Shown here: one piece after another, positions 37,201 to 51,429 of the stretch
Numbering within the stretch: the stretch's first letter is position 1
Layout: each line of letters starts with the position of its first letter
Assembly (NCBI RefSeq): GCF_964355755.1
Contig: NC_092671.1
Coordinates: forward strand, 34,234,304-34,298,303
Source of the DNA: Antedon mediterranea
Taxonomy: Eukaryota; Animalia; Echinodermata
Direction: 5' to 3'
Length of the DNA: 64,000 nt
Notes under the pieces: model-generated
Database searches by the model: none
What the model was told of the DNA's origin: nothing
Seen by the model: only the letters and a program-made list of their open reading frames with translations
Position numbers and translations under genes: made by a program

Positions 37201-40200
37201 TATTTAAATTCTAACTTGTACAGATTTCAGTCTACTACATGACCAACTTGGATCGTGTGGTTTTCTGGGCACAATCAATTTACTCACATACGAGTACGAC
37301 AAAAAATTCAACCCTGAAGCAGTATTCACCACCAATATTTATCGTTGGCACTCATTTTTCATACACTTCCAACAGCGAGTAACTCGCCAATTACAGGATG
37401 GATAAACTAATTTTTGAACAATTTATCGTGTTTATAAGCCAAGTCTCATTTTAGGCTTAAGGAGTTGAAAGAGTTGTGAGTTAAAATCCTGGCACTAGGT
37501 CAGGATTAAGCCCGGACCTTGGGGTTGGAAGGCAAGCACGTTAACCACCAAGCTACAGCTCCACTACAATTTATTAAAATAATATTATTTGGTTTTCAGA
37601 CTGAAGAGAAGTTTTCACTGATAAGAGAAGCATTTTAGGGTAAACCATACGAACACCATATTGTGTGTATTATGTCCTTGACAACAGCGTCATATCAGAA
37701 TTTGATATTTTATCAATTTTTAAGCTTAGACGTCATACCAGAGGTACCTAAGAACGAACTATATATGGGAGAGAGGATGCCCATAAGTTGGTTGAATTTC
37801 ATGGGTGAAATTGAGCAATTACGTGATCAGCATAAGCACTTAATTAACTTCAAGCAGGCAAGTAATAATCATGTAGACTAGACTAAAACTACATAGTCCA
37901 AGAGCAATTAAGTCAAAATAAGCCATAAACCTGGACATTTCTGGTAGCAAGCTTATTTTTATCTTTAGGTGTGTTACATGAATATATCTGATTAACGTAC
38001 TAAAGGTCCTCGTTGATACAAATAATAATTAAATGCTCTTGGCTTAACCCCTGTGTCTCACTAAAACAAAAGTAGGCCTGCAGAACATGTTAAACAAACA
38101 AACATTGTTTCTTGAAATCCATGGATCATATTGCGTACAATACGAAAACAAACTGGTATTAATCGGCTCTACACTATTATTTTAAGATTTATTCCAAATC
38201 TCAGGAATAAATGAATTGACTGAGCATTGGATTTTGTCTTTATTTATTATCATCTCATTCAAATATTAAATTAATATTCATGATCTGAGTTATATGACTA
38301 ATGACAAATATAAGTATTTAAAATGTTGTTTTGTTCTTTCATAGTAGAATTTTATGTTCATGGTGCTTATTTTATAGTTACACATCTAGGCCTACCGAAT
38401 AATAGTATTTTATGGTAGGTCTACTGAAGTACATGGTAAGGGGAAGGTATAATACATTCTGAAATTCAATGGCGACTGGAATGATGCGATTTAATTTCTA
38501 GCCGGGAAAAAATATTATAGTGGACAAAAGCCATGTTTCCGCAGCCAAAACAAAAATTATTGGTTTAATGTTTTAACCAATCAGGTAATTTCTTAAGAAA
38601 CAATGTGCGCATAATCAATCATTACCAAACAACCAATAATTATCCGATTTGAATTATCGGTTAATTTTTCTCGAGTGGAATTGGTTACACCCCTTTTCCA
38701 TCGGCAGTTCGGTTATACGCCCTAAATAGTTGGTGGCACATTTGCTGTTATTGTTTTGTTTGTTTTTTTTTTGTAGTATGCAGAGTTCAGAAGCTCTTCG
38801 AAAAAAGAAAGTAAAAATAAAGAATAACCAAGGTGGTGAAATGGTGTCACTTGACAAACTGACAAAGTCAGAGACTGATGCAGTTCTTTACGTTGACTTT
38901 GATGGTTTCCTACCTGAAGGATTGCACTACAGACTCGTAGTAAGACTCGTACATTGGTCACAACAGAGGAAGCTTGATAAAGGATATAATCCAAGACTCT
39001 TTACCAGCATGTCTTAAATTCTAACAACTAAAGTTGTTTGTCTTTTTACTGAAACTCCAAAACATATTTATTTTCATCCAAACTATGAATGATAAAAATG
39101 ATTTAGATCGTTAAAAGTCATAGGAATTGTAATTTGTTTTTCACTTTCTATTTAACACTATTAACTGTATTGGCAAATAAACTATTGGATGTTTTAATTA
39201 AAAGTAATATAATTGATAGGCCTACGCATGGTTATTTAAATAATAATTACCGTCTCAATCATGTTACTATCAGAATACATAACGCAAAGTCCAATATTTC
39301 TGAATAGGTTGTTATTTACAGACTTAAAGCTGGCGGTAACAGCTTGAACCATCCCCAAATGTCTGCAAAAAAGAAAGTGCTTTTAATTAGAATGATTTTT
39401 TTTTTAAATTTTATGATGGAGTATAAATTGAAATTGTAAAACAATTAAAAAGATGTAGACAGCACATCACTGCATTTTGTGTGCACATGTATGTTAGATT
39501 AAACTTAAAACGAAATCCAATCCTTAGCTTGTATATCTGATATACAGGCTCATTGAGGCAAATCTACTGGACATTGGTCACAAATGGATGAAACGTGTTG
39601 TGTTTAACGTATGTGCTTTGTGCAACGTCTGTCATATGGAGAGAGTCCACTTGCACAAACTTAAAGATTGCATGCAGTCTACGCCTCGATGTGGGCCAGA
39701 TGACGGAATGGATACTACCAAAATCAGACGTTTGTTTGCAAAACACGAAACAAATCCAGGTACTGCATGTCACCATTCTTGTTCAGTAATATCTCACAAG
39801 TACCATGTAACACGTTTCTTTTTATTTTTTTGGATATAATAAATCCATTGACTATGATTAAAATGGGTCCACATAGAATTCGGGCACTAAAATGAGTCTC
39901 AGTGTCTATAATTTCCCTGGAATCACAGGGAAATCATGTGACATACCCATGATTATCTTAGCTTCACATGATATACACGCCGCTTTTGGTACACATGTGA
40001 CAAACGAGATGATGTATACAGAGTTTGCCCATAACATAATGAAATATGGAGAAACCGTACTGATAATTGGGTTTCTCAGTGGCATATTCTATTATCTATT
40101 TTTCCCCAAAGCAATTGTCTTAAATACAACAAAACGTTAAAAATCTTTATATTACCAAATAAGTATTTTGTATTATTTCAGCTTTCCAAGCCACTGCTAC

Positions 40201-40552
40201 TGAAGGAAACTCAAATGTTCAAGGGTTTCTGCGATTTCTCATTGGCATCTATAAAGACATTCCATCACCAATCTTGCCATTAGAAGTTATGACACAGATT
40301 TGTGTTCGTCTGGACCCTCTTCGCTCAACAGACTACAATGACTGGCGTGGCGTAGCATGTAAGGTTGGCTATGATCGTTACATAGACTATATCATGAGCA
40401 TGAGCTTTGTATCAATGATCAATAGCCCTACTATGTGTGTAATGCATGGATGGTCTGAGAAAGGTTTGTCATTGGACGATTTTAAGGAGTGTATGATTGA
40501 GATGAATCGTCATGATGTTGTACGTATAATTGATAAACATCTTAATCTCTAA
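34251..40552 (+). pseudogene. ROCO paralog 2 body (DED-DED-ROC-COR-Death domain), pseudogene
   Basis: TAG at 34309-34311 (CAG in paralog 1). Exon 35111 is cut at about 35207 just before the P-loop. Retains WDFAGQ (36293-36474), FLVSRAIYIICFNL (36805-36906) and SPPIFIVGTH (from 37224). Stop and frameshifts in the 37600-37857 exon, fused COR remnants about 38777-39010, Death domain 40182-40552. Confidence 0.85.
37455..37566 (-). mobile_element. tRNA-derived SINE head fragment
   Basis: Minus strand has A-box-like TAGCTTGGTGGTT and a degenerate B box; no complete cloverleaf. Confidence 0.4.
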
Positions 40553-43500
40553 AGATGAATGAACAAAGTAGAATGATGAACTACAGTTTACTGTATTTAT
40601 TCAGAGAGTTATGTAGAATCAATATGAATTCTAATAAATTTTATAAAATCAAAGACACAGCTTTTCAAAAATCATCAAGTTCTTTAAACAGAAGCTTAAA
40701 TCAAGAGACACATATCTAAAGAATCCAAATATATACATACACTCCGCTTTAATGTTTAAATTTATTGTTCAACTAATATTGTTTGGTTATAATATAAATA
40801 AATACGACCTGAAATTAATATGCAAACACTGTACAAATATTATTATAATTTGAGAAACAATAACTGAACAAAGTACTATAGGCACTGCAGCACTAGGTTG
40901 TAAAAATGCAGTAAAAAACACATAAGGGAAAAGATTCACATGAGTACTAGTTCTGATTTCATGAAATGAAATCACTTCTTTGGACCTTGAGATGTCGGTA
41001 AAATCCAGAAACTAATTTGCATAACAAACATTGTTTCACAAAAATGTTTAAGAATATCTTTACTAATAGTTTGTACTTAACCGCGAATAAGGATTTCTTA
41101 CAAAACATCGTCTATTTTAACTAAAACTTATAAATTAACTAAATCAATCATTCTGTTTAGTATGTGTATTAGATTTCTATATTTTCAAATAAGAAGCTAA
41201 TAATACAAATATCACAATTGTATTTTTCAAGGATATTATCACCCATGATTATATTGGTAAGTAAATTTATAACCAGCTTTTATGTCTGTAACTTTACATA
41301 ACCAATGTTTGTGTATAAGTTTATTATCTTATGTGTTACATTACATTAGTTCTACTGTTAGATTAGTTGCACTTTTATCCTAAATTTGACAACATTTGTT
41401 CGTAAACATTAGCTTTAAAAAATACTTCCCAAATTGTTTTAATACAGTATTGTATTTACATATGAACACTGCACTTTTTACAGTTTTAACCAGACTAATT
41501 GCTTTGTAACGTAACTTCCTGAACATTACGTTTACAATTACTAAAAACTACATAAGGAAGTTCATTACATGTAGGCATATGCTGCTACTATCTCGTCAGA
41601 CGTTAGTGAATTAGCTGTCTGTTTTAAGATCGTCCAATTTTAGGTGTAAATGGAATTGGTATTTAAATTTGCAAATGCTACACAAGCCACTTTCAGACCA
41701 ATTGTTTTATTTTTAACCGTCTTACTTTGATTGTTCGATTGAATCTTGGAAAGTAGGTAAGTTATCTTACAATCAATGTTTAGAACCATAGGCCTACATA
41801 GTGAGTTTCAGATCTACGATGATTAGTTCTCTGGGCCAATATAATTATCATAGTGATGACACGAGTCAAGGTTTCGTCCAGTAAGTTCGATAACAATTTA
41901 TAGACGGCAACGTATATCGCGCGATGGCTTGTTTTAGGCGACGCGACGTGTGGATAAGAAGAGACTGGTTTATATGTGGCGTAGATCTAAAACAGACAAC
42001 GTAATAATAATAATAATAATAATAATAAATACTTTATTTTAACACGGAAAAGCTTGTGTCACCATAAAGGTGTTCTTCTACAAGGCCGTATTGTTTGTAT
42101 TGTTTGTGGATAACGCGTCATATCCACATAGCGTGTTCTAGGCTACTCGTTGTCGCTGATCTAAAACGCATCATTATACAGTACCTATTTCATCCCATAC
42201 CAGATCATTCGTTGTGATCGTAGTAAATTAAGGAGACTCGCAAGTTCAATCAAGAACGGACATTGTAAGAAATGTCAATTGTACTACATGATGATTATCT
42301 AAATTTTAGACGGCGATTTAGCTTAATATGTCTATGAAAGAAATAAATTTCGGCATACATGTTGTTTTCTAACTATATTTAATTAAAATTAATTTATTAA
42401 ATTTACTGTGCTGTAAGCTTGTTTAAATATTTTTAAACACTTATTCTATACCAGTACATATGAACGTTCATTCGTATACCTGAGTTGGAATCAGGTAAAC
42501 TAAATAAAGTCTGTCTAATACAAAGTGCATGCGTTGATTAAATGAATTAAACTTCAATCTCTAATTAATCATTAACAATATTTTTCCGTGGAAAAATGAG
42601 ATTTTAATTAAACTAGATAGGCGTTTATAGGATCATTATCATTATTTTTGAGTTGATATAAATAAATAATTGTCATTGTAGTACTTGTACAAAAAATCAT
42701 CATGCACCTATTGTATAAATACACTTCGATTGAGCATATTTTCTTTCTTATTTTGAGCACAACAATGCTTAAAACAAGTACTTTGTTATTTCTTGTCCAT
42801 TTTAGTTAAAAATTCCATTAAATTCATCCACATTATTGGTAAATAACATAACATGTGGTATTGCTATCTCGTCAAATCAGATTTAATACGGTAAGTAATT
42901 AAATGCTCAACTAATTATTCTCAACATGGTCTTAAAGTGTATCATTGAAAGTAAATAAATTATGAATGTATGGGGAATACGTCAATATTATTGTTGAAGA
43001 AAAACTAGGTTGTTCGTTTCTTTTCTTATTTATTGGACCAGCAGTTTCCTAAAATTATAGATCATGTGTTTATACTTGATGTATGTACAGATATCATTCC
43101 ATAAATTAATATTCATAGACCTACTTCTGTATATCCCGTCATCGTGTAAAGTTTTTAGATATTAGCTTAAGAAATGTTCGCAGGAATGAGTAGAGTAAGG
43201 TAGCATATATTGCAGTTAAATTATACTTTTCAAAGTGAAATTCCCAATCTTCTCCAACGTAATATATTGCTTGTCAATGTTGTATTGTTGTAGGATTAAC
43301 CCTAGAACCTTGCTTCCTGACAAGAAGTTTACAATTGCTATTATGAACTTATAAGGAAGTTCAACTTCCTTCAAAGGTAAATGGCATAATATAAACCTAT
43401 TATTGCCTACCTAATCTTTTACAATCATCCTCTTCCTCCTCCTTTCCCGTGATACCGAATATTCCTGTTCAAGTCCCAGTTTGTAGGGGTTCGAAACGGA

Positions 43501-43760
43501 TGGGAACACTAGACTATGAATATCACGTCAAAATGGATGGGAACACTAGATTATGACCATCTACATTATCATTTATTAATCCGTATTCTTGGCACTTTTT
43601 ATGATATTCATGTTTCATTTCTTTTTAGTGAATTTTTTTTAATTTAATGTGAATTTGATAGGTTGATATTTGACAAAAGGGAAATTAAAATGATTCGATC
43701 AGTTTGTTAATGTTTTCAATATGTTAGCCCTGCGTTTCGGATCGACTTCATAATGATGGT

Positions 43761-44165
43761 TTAATGTTGTTCACAATGTAATGTGTATGAATTTAAAAAA
43801 GTATACGAGCAAACATATGTTTTAATTAACATTTGTTTTAAGGCTATAATAGCTCCTGGAAAGAAACTATTTGTAAATCGTGCCCTATTGACCTTAATAG
43901 AACGAAATTTCCGACCGCTGCGCATCAACTGGAACATACTAGAGGCCGGATGAAATTGATCATCCTTGATAGCCACTGCCTTTTTCAGAAGACGATCCGA
44001 CAAAATGTTCTCCAAAGGCAATTGTGCAGATCCAATTATACGCGATGCGGTCTTGACTATTCTATTTTGGTCACGCTTTTCATTTTCGGTAGCGCTACCG
44101 AACCATACCGTTAAAGAATACATTATAACACTCTCTGTAACTGACCTATAGATGGACGACAGGAA
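43761..44165 (-). mobile_element. Rex1/Babar-type LINE 3' fragment
   Basis: YRSVTESVIMYSLTVWFG..RIVKTASRIIG..DQFHPA...LMRSGRKFRSI...RFTNSFFP matches the C-terminus of Rex1/Babar ORF2. Confidence 0.8.
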
Positions 44166-45502
44166 TGATTCATGATTATAATATAATTATAGAATTATAG
44201 AAAGTAATTTACCAAAGTAATTTACTAAAATGCTAGGTCAATTTTGATAAATAGCAGTTTTTAAAGTCCTCACTCGCTTTGATGTTACGCTATAGGCCTA
44301 GGCAGCCAACCAACACGTACCTGCGCTTCGCTCAAATTTACCGCAGGTTTTGGACGGCGCGCTCAATATTAAAAACAGATTTTTACTGAGGTATCCGTTT
44401 CCGTTATCGTATTCGTAAGGTTGCGAAACCTCTCTAGTTCTAAATTACCTGTTATGCTTTTATTCATGCGTTGAGTGGTTACTTGGCCAGTACTTAATAC
44501 ATTTACGTTCTACGTTTGTTACGTCATATTTTGTAATAATTGTCATATTTGTTTTGTAATTTTCGTATTTTGTAGACCAAATTACCTCTCGTAATTTTGT
44601 ATCAAACCTATTTTAAAACAAATGTGTGCGCCTATTGACTGGTGCATAGCCGCGTGGAGCGTCGTGAAAACGAAACACTGAGTCGCCGTACCGGAACCGT
44701 GCCGGAACAGGTGTGAAAGACCCTTTACTTCGGCCACTCGCACATACTAACTACTGTAAGTATATATCTTATTCTTATCTGTCAATATTTGACCTCATAG
44801 AATTAAATGACGCAGTTTCTACACAGATACTTTCCAGATTACACAGTACAAAACTTGTGTTTGTATGTCAAGGGAGTCACTGACAGACCATAAAACTAGT
44901 GTCCCTTTTTTCTCAATACACATGATTGACATACTTTCATCGAGTTTTGATGATTAATTTGATTAAAGTGTCTATGGCCGGCTTTGAGTATTGTTTTTGC
45001 TTTGAGAATTGTATAATTATGTATAGATCTACATCTGTAAGACAAATGGGAAACTTAATAATAAAAAGAAATATATAAAGAAATGTATGTATTATTATAT
45101 AATTAATTTCCAGAATATCACCCGGGCGGTTTAGAATTAATTTTTGGCACCTGTGGTGTTTATATTATCATTATGCATATGCAAAAAACAAAAGTAGAGA
45201 AACAAGAACCGATAGATTATAAAGAAATATATTTATTCAACATTGACGGACGTTTTAGTCTGTCGTCCCCGACCAAATAATGATACCTTTTGTTGTTCTT
45301 TTATTTGTTTTTTAATTGTACTTGTACTACAGTATGTTGATGATGCTTTTGTCGAAATAAATTGGGTCTGCCGATATTATTTCAATCTGACCATCTCCTA
45401 TACAATAACATTCGTTTAAAACGAATGATATTGTTCAAATTGTGACTCAGTTTAAACTAACAGTATCTAAAGCAAAAGGACTTTGCCATATAAATTGTTT
45501 TA

Positions 45503-46251
45503 TTTTTAGTCGCGTGGACGCGACTCTATAGTTCACTACGTTGGTCGGTCTGTCGGTCGGTCGGTCGGTCTGTCTGTCGGTCCGGTATCACTATGCATGT
45601 TATCGCTTTCTGACCTTATCTTGATATCAGTTTAATCTAGCTAAGTCAATTTTTCACAGTATATTCCTTATGGCCAGGAATCGATGTGGTTATGTTTTCA
45701 CGGTGCGCAATAAAAAATTACGCGGTCTACTCACGATTTAACGAAATCACGTTTGTAATCATAATCTTCACAACCATGAATCACAATTAAATAAAATTTG
45801 GTACTCATAAATTTCAGGGCATAAATCATCATAATTATGGCAATATAATTACGTGCTTAGCGCATGTAACGCATGCGTACGCGCGCTTAAAATTTTCAAA
45901 ATTTATTTTCGATGAAATAAAAGTACGTTTCATGCAATTTTAAGCGTTTACAAAATTGCCATGAGTGCGCAGATTTTTGCGCGCGCACTGCGCGTTAAAT
46001 GTTATTGCGCACTCTTTTTGCCCGATTTCTGTTTTCTTGACTTACTTTTCAACTAGAAATTACGTTATACGAGCACGTCAAAGGTGACAGACTACGCACG
46101 TGTAAATTAAAAAAATATAAATGTTTTTAAATATTTCAACATTTTTAAACATGTTCAGTAATTTCGATCAGTATAGTTCACTATGTCGGTCGGTCTGTCG
46201 GTCCGGTATCACTATGCATTGTAGCACGCGACTTAATGGCTGTTGGCCTTG
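45503..46251 (+). mobile_element. DINE-1/HINE-like element, second copy
   Basis: Colinear with 20328-21041, with the same inverted repeat and (GTCG/GTCT)n tract. Confidence 0.7.
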
Positions 46252-46952
46252 CCTCTTTCAATATTTGATCTACCATAGCAATAAACGACAATGTTTCATG
46301 ACTGATTATTTCGCGATTATACATATAACCTGTCAATCTAGGGATACACCATAAAGACGTCTCTTCTTAAATTCTATTCTATCTATGGCGAAATGTTTGC
46401 TTTGAGTATGAAAACTAGGTAAGTAGTTTTATATGGTACATAACTTGTAATATTCTATCTCTAGTACAAAACACAAGTTTACTATGACAGCATAATTTCT
46501 GCAATGACGCCGCACTTTTAACTGTTTTTGTTATTGTTTGCTATTGTGTGCAACTGTTTTTTAAAATTATATTACAGTTGCTCAATGTTTTAAACATACA
46601 TTGTCGTATGTATAACACATGCTATCAACTTTAAACACGAAAAAACAGGTTTATCTTTAAATGTCTAAATTAAATATTTGCAGCTTAGTAGCATTACGTA
46701 TGTAAAATAGTAATAACAGATATTAATTGGTTGTGCTATAATTATTATAAAAGATATATATATTGATACTATATTATATACACAGGGTTTCTAATAAACA
46801 TTTGTTATAGTGTGTCTGATTGTAATTTAGAAATAAATGCGGGTCAGACAAAAAGCATGTAGGCCAAGCGTCGGAAACTCATGCCTTTTAAGGATATTAA
46901 GAGTGTTTTCCCTTTTATCTGTAGCTCTTTCGCGAGCCGACGAAGTGCAACC

Positions 46953-46984
46953 ATGGCATCTAATTTTGAAAACCCGGAAGAAAG
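46953..46984 (+). CDS. First coding exon of a putative third ROCO paralog (MASNFENPEE)
   Basis: ACCATGG start context, phase-2 donor GTAATA, and similarity to the paralog 2 start MAFNFETEAE. Confidence 0.6.
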
Positions 46985-47180
46985 GTAATACTATTTGTAT
47001 CTTATAATAATAGTAGATATAAATAATAAGTCTTCACAATCTGTATCTCAATTATTGCTTCAAAATGTCATTTTTCCACTATAATGAATCAAAAGTAAAA
47101 TTACTATACATGTAGTAGCCTAGGTGACAACAAATAATTAAAACAAATTTAACAAACAGTAGCCCTTCTATTCAATAAAG

Positions 47181-50100
47181 GTACTTACTTACTTACTTGT
47201 TTACTTGTTTCCGGAGCTCAGCAATGCTGGGTCCGGAGTCGAGGCTAGGCTATGCCTATAAGCCCCTCTTGATAATTACATCAACTCTTGAATATGGCGC
47301 AAATTTAAGAGGGTGGTTGGACCATGCCCGTTCAAGACCGGACTTAAATTGATTGGTTGATCTTGAAGCTACTACATCCTCCGATAACGAATTCCATAAT
47401 ATAATAGCTTTTCGACCAAATGAGTCCCTCATCCAATTTGTGCGTGAGAACTTAAATTTTAATTTAAAAGAATGACCACGTGTTCTAACATCTTCATCAC
47501 GCTCAAAAAAAGAATCAGCAGAAATACTATCCACTCCATGTAAAATTTTAAAAATCTGTATCAAATGAGCTCTTTGCCTTCTGTATGCGAGAGTAGGTAG
47601 GTTGAGAATTTTCAGCCTTTCTGAATAAGGTAAATGACGAATGGAAAAAATAAGCTTGGTGGCACGTTCTTGGACTTTTTCCAATAGGTCTTCCTCCTTA
47701 CAATGTAGCGAGTTAAAAACAACGTTGCAGTATTCCAAGGTCGGACGAATAATAGCTTTATATAAACGAAGAAACCCATCCATATTTAAAAACTTGAAAG
47801 CTCGATATACCATGCCCAACTTCCGATTTGCTCTCATTGCTACATCTGCCACATGTACATTAAAAACAAGTTTAGAGTCAATAGTAACACCGAGGTCTTT
47901 TTCATGATCAACTTCATTCAATAAGAAACCACGAATGGCATACAGATGTTTGTTGTTTTTCTTCCCAAAGTGCATTACTTTGCACTTACCCTCGTTAAAA
48001 GGTAATTGCCATTTGTCAGACCAGTCACATGCTTTCTCTAAATCTTCTTGTAGAACTTGAGCATCATTCACAGTAACTATTCTATACAATTTAGTATCAT
48101 CTGCAAACATGCGTACAGAGGAAGAAATAACAGAAGGTAAATCATTTATAAACATAATGAAAAGAACAGGTCCAACGACGCTTCCTTGCGGGATACCACT
48201 ACGAACATCAGCCCAATCTGAAACACATCCATTGACACTAACCCGTTGTTGTCTATCGTTAAGAAATTCTTGAAACCATTTTAGAAGTTTACCTCTAATA
48301 CCCAATGCACTCATTTTCAGAAGGAGTCTATGATGAGGCACACTATCGAAAGCCTTCTTGTAGTCAAGGTAGATACAATCAAAACAATCCTGATTATCAA
48401 AATAAGAAAACCAGTTTTCAAGAACATCAAGTAATTGTAAAGCACAAGAACGACCTTGCCGGAAACCAAATTGCTCATAACAAATAAGTGAGTGATGTTC
48501 AAGAAAGTCCAATAATTCCTTCCTGATAATTCTCTCCATAATTTTACCAACTACCGAAGTTAAACTCACAGGTCTATAGTTGCTTGGGTCAGACTTCACT
48601 CCTTTTTTAAAAATCGGTACCACTGTAGCCCGTTTCCAACTATTAGGGACGGCTCCTTCTTGAAACAATTTCGTAAAAATAATATGGAGGGGATAGCAAA
48701 TGATATCCTTTAGTTCGACTAAGATGCGTGGGTGAATACCATCAGGTCCAGCTGTTTTAGTAATATTCAACGTTGATAAAATATTTAAGATTTCGTCACA
48801 AGGAAAGTCAACTTGAGATAAAAAATCCTCTGAAATGTCATCAATAGCCGGTACATTCGAAAAATTTTCATCGACAAATACACTACTAAAAAACGTGTTT
48901 AGCAACTCAGCCTTATCCTTGTCATCAGACACATGCCTTCCATTACTATCAGTTAAGTTGGGTATACCAGACTTTATATTGATCTGAGAACTGAGATACC
49001 TCCAAAAAGACTTTTCATTAGATTTGATCTCAATTGCTATTTTATTTTCGAAGTCAGATTTACTACATCGAATCAGATCTACTGTTTGATTTCTTACTTG
49101 GACAAACTTCGACCATTTTGCTGACACACATACTTTTTGTTTTCTCTTGGCCTTTACATACTGTTTCCAACATTTATTCTTTTTGGCAATCTGCTTTTCA
49201 ATTTTTTTGTTCATCCAAAGAGGTTTTCTTCCGTGGCAAACCTTCCTCATCGGGATACACTCATCAATATTCTTCGTAAGAATATGCTCAAATTCGTCCC
49301 ACGATTGAATACCTGATTTGTCATTGAAAACCACATCCCAATCTACCAAATCAATTTTCTCGCGCAGCAAATCATAGTTACCATGCCTGTAACTTCGAAT
49401 ATTTGGTTCAATTCTGTCATCTCTTACAAGATCCAATGAAAATTGTAACACCATATGGTCGCTTTTACCCAGTGGTGGAGACTGCATAATGCCATTTATA
49501 GTATTCTCTTTGTCTGTAAAAACCAGATCCAAAACATTGGGTGTTTCGCCTTCTCTGTATCTAGTAGGTTCCATAACGTGTTGAATTAAAAATAGATCGT
49601 TGATGGTGTCAAAGAAACTTCTGCTGGAATCTCCATCTTCCGAAGACACACAATTTAATTCCCAGTTAATACTTTTATAGTTAAAATCGCCGACAACGAT
49701 TAAATCAGAAAAAGATGATTTATATACTTCACGGAACAATGAGTTCAGCTTGATATTATTATCCATACTACAAGTCGGGCTACGGTAAACACAACCTAAT
49801 AAAAGATCCGTTTTTACTTCTTTTACTCTAACCCAAACTGACTCTACAAACTTATTCTTCTTAAAGAAAATTTGAGAAACTGAAATTCCATTTCTGACAT
49901 AAATTAAAACACCACGACCAGAAGTAAAATCCTCATTCGAAAAAAATGCTTGGTAACCTTGGACACGAAATTCATTTATCAGTGGCGGGTACAAACAATG
50001 CTTTGGTAAAATCTCTGTCAATGCAATAAAATCAACTTTTTCTGAAACCAAACGGGAAAGTAACTCTGACTTCTTATTTAGAAAACCATCACAATTTGAG

Positions 50101-50250
50101 TACCAAAAGTTAAATTTCTGATTGGAAAACGTACTTTCTTTTAAATTAGAGAACTTTCTGTTTTTATTTTCTTTATTGGGAACGAAAAAGCTTCACAATC
50201 TTCCCACTTCGGATAACTATGTCTTTCTCACCTGCATCTAATCGCGTGCG
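47181..50250 (-). mobile_element. CR1-clade LINE with intact ORF2 (APE endonuclease + RT), 5'-truncated within ORF1
   Basis: ORF 47256..50051 has GDFN, SDH, YLDYKKAFDSV and FADD. The frame is open upstream to about 50190 (WYSNCDG). ORF1 tail RLDAGEKDIVIRSGKIV; (AAGT)n 3' tail at 47181-47210. Confidence 0.93.
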
Positions 50251-50844
50251 GTACGGCTTACTACTGAATACCAATTTTACAAGTAGCTATTCTGAACATA
50301 ATTGTATTAATTTACTTCATTAATTATATGTATGACGTACAATACGCTACTGTAATACATATTTATTTCAATACTATTTTATTAGAATGGTCCTTCCAGC
50401 CGAAACATTTTAAGCATATTACTACACTATTGCACATTTTCAAACGTTCATTATAATAGTAAATGACTAGATTTATCTTTATGACATGACTAGTGTTATT
50501 ATTTATTGCAAGGTCTGATATTTTGTTTAACTAACAGAAAACAATTTATATACAAATAAATAGCATCAAACATTATGATGAATTCTACCGACATTTAGAG
50601 ACAATGAACTGATTTTCAATAAATAATAGAGCAAGAAATGTAAATAATTAATACAGCACTATTCATAAATTATTTATGTAAGCATAATGAAATTTATATA
50701 TTCTTTTCTTTTTACAGTGACTTATACAGTTTTTCATAAGTATAAACTTAAATCAGTAAAATTAATAATAAAATCATGTGTCAGTATCATGTACTATTAG
50801 TATGGTACTGTAAAGTGGTACAGTACAATGAAATATAAGATGAT

Positions 50845-51328
50845 TGTAGTGAATTTATCTTTTAGTTGGTTCCGAGCTTTCTCATGCGTATATCCACTCG
50901 CCGTACACAGCTGTCGTTCCGAGCTTTCTCGGGCGTATATATTTCCACGCGACGTACACAGCTGTCACTGAATGATAACTCATACAAAAAGTATATTTAA
51001 CTCAACTAGAACTTTTATTCCTTGTAATTCGATTAATACATCTTTCTACCACTACCAGTCAAGCCTTAATATTTTCCTTATCATCTTTCCGTTTATCTAC
51101 TCTGATCTTATTCTCTCTTCTCGTTTATCTACTCTGATCTTATTCTCTCTTCTCTTCTAATATCTATTACATTCTACTTTTATACTGGATATGCAAATTT
51201 TAGGCTTCAGAGGAGGATAACATTTTCCCTCCAAAATTTATGCGATTTTGATTGGCTAATAATAAGGCGGACCTGGTCTAAAGCATCCTTCTCTAAACAC
51301 AGAGAATCACAACATCAATAATATGACA
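50845..51328 (-). repeat. 3' LTR of copy 3
   Basis: TG...CA ends; PPT adjacent from 51329; only two substitutions noticed versus the other LTR. Confidence 0.95.
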
Positions 51329-51429
51329 TTCCCCTTTTTGGGAAAAAGATTGTGTCAATCTTTCCAAAAATTTAACATTTAAAACCATTTTACTATAAAC
51401 TATCTACAAATAACACCTCTATAATATTA

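Noticed and set aside
50972-51160. Identical 62-aa ORFs at 50972 and 56719
   Set aside because: They lie inside the two LTRs; low complexity with no motif.
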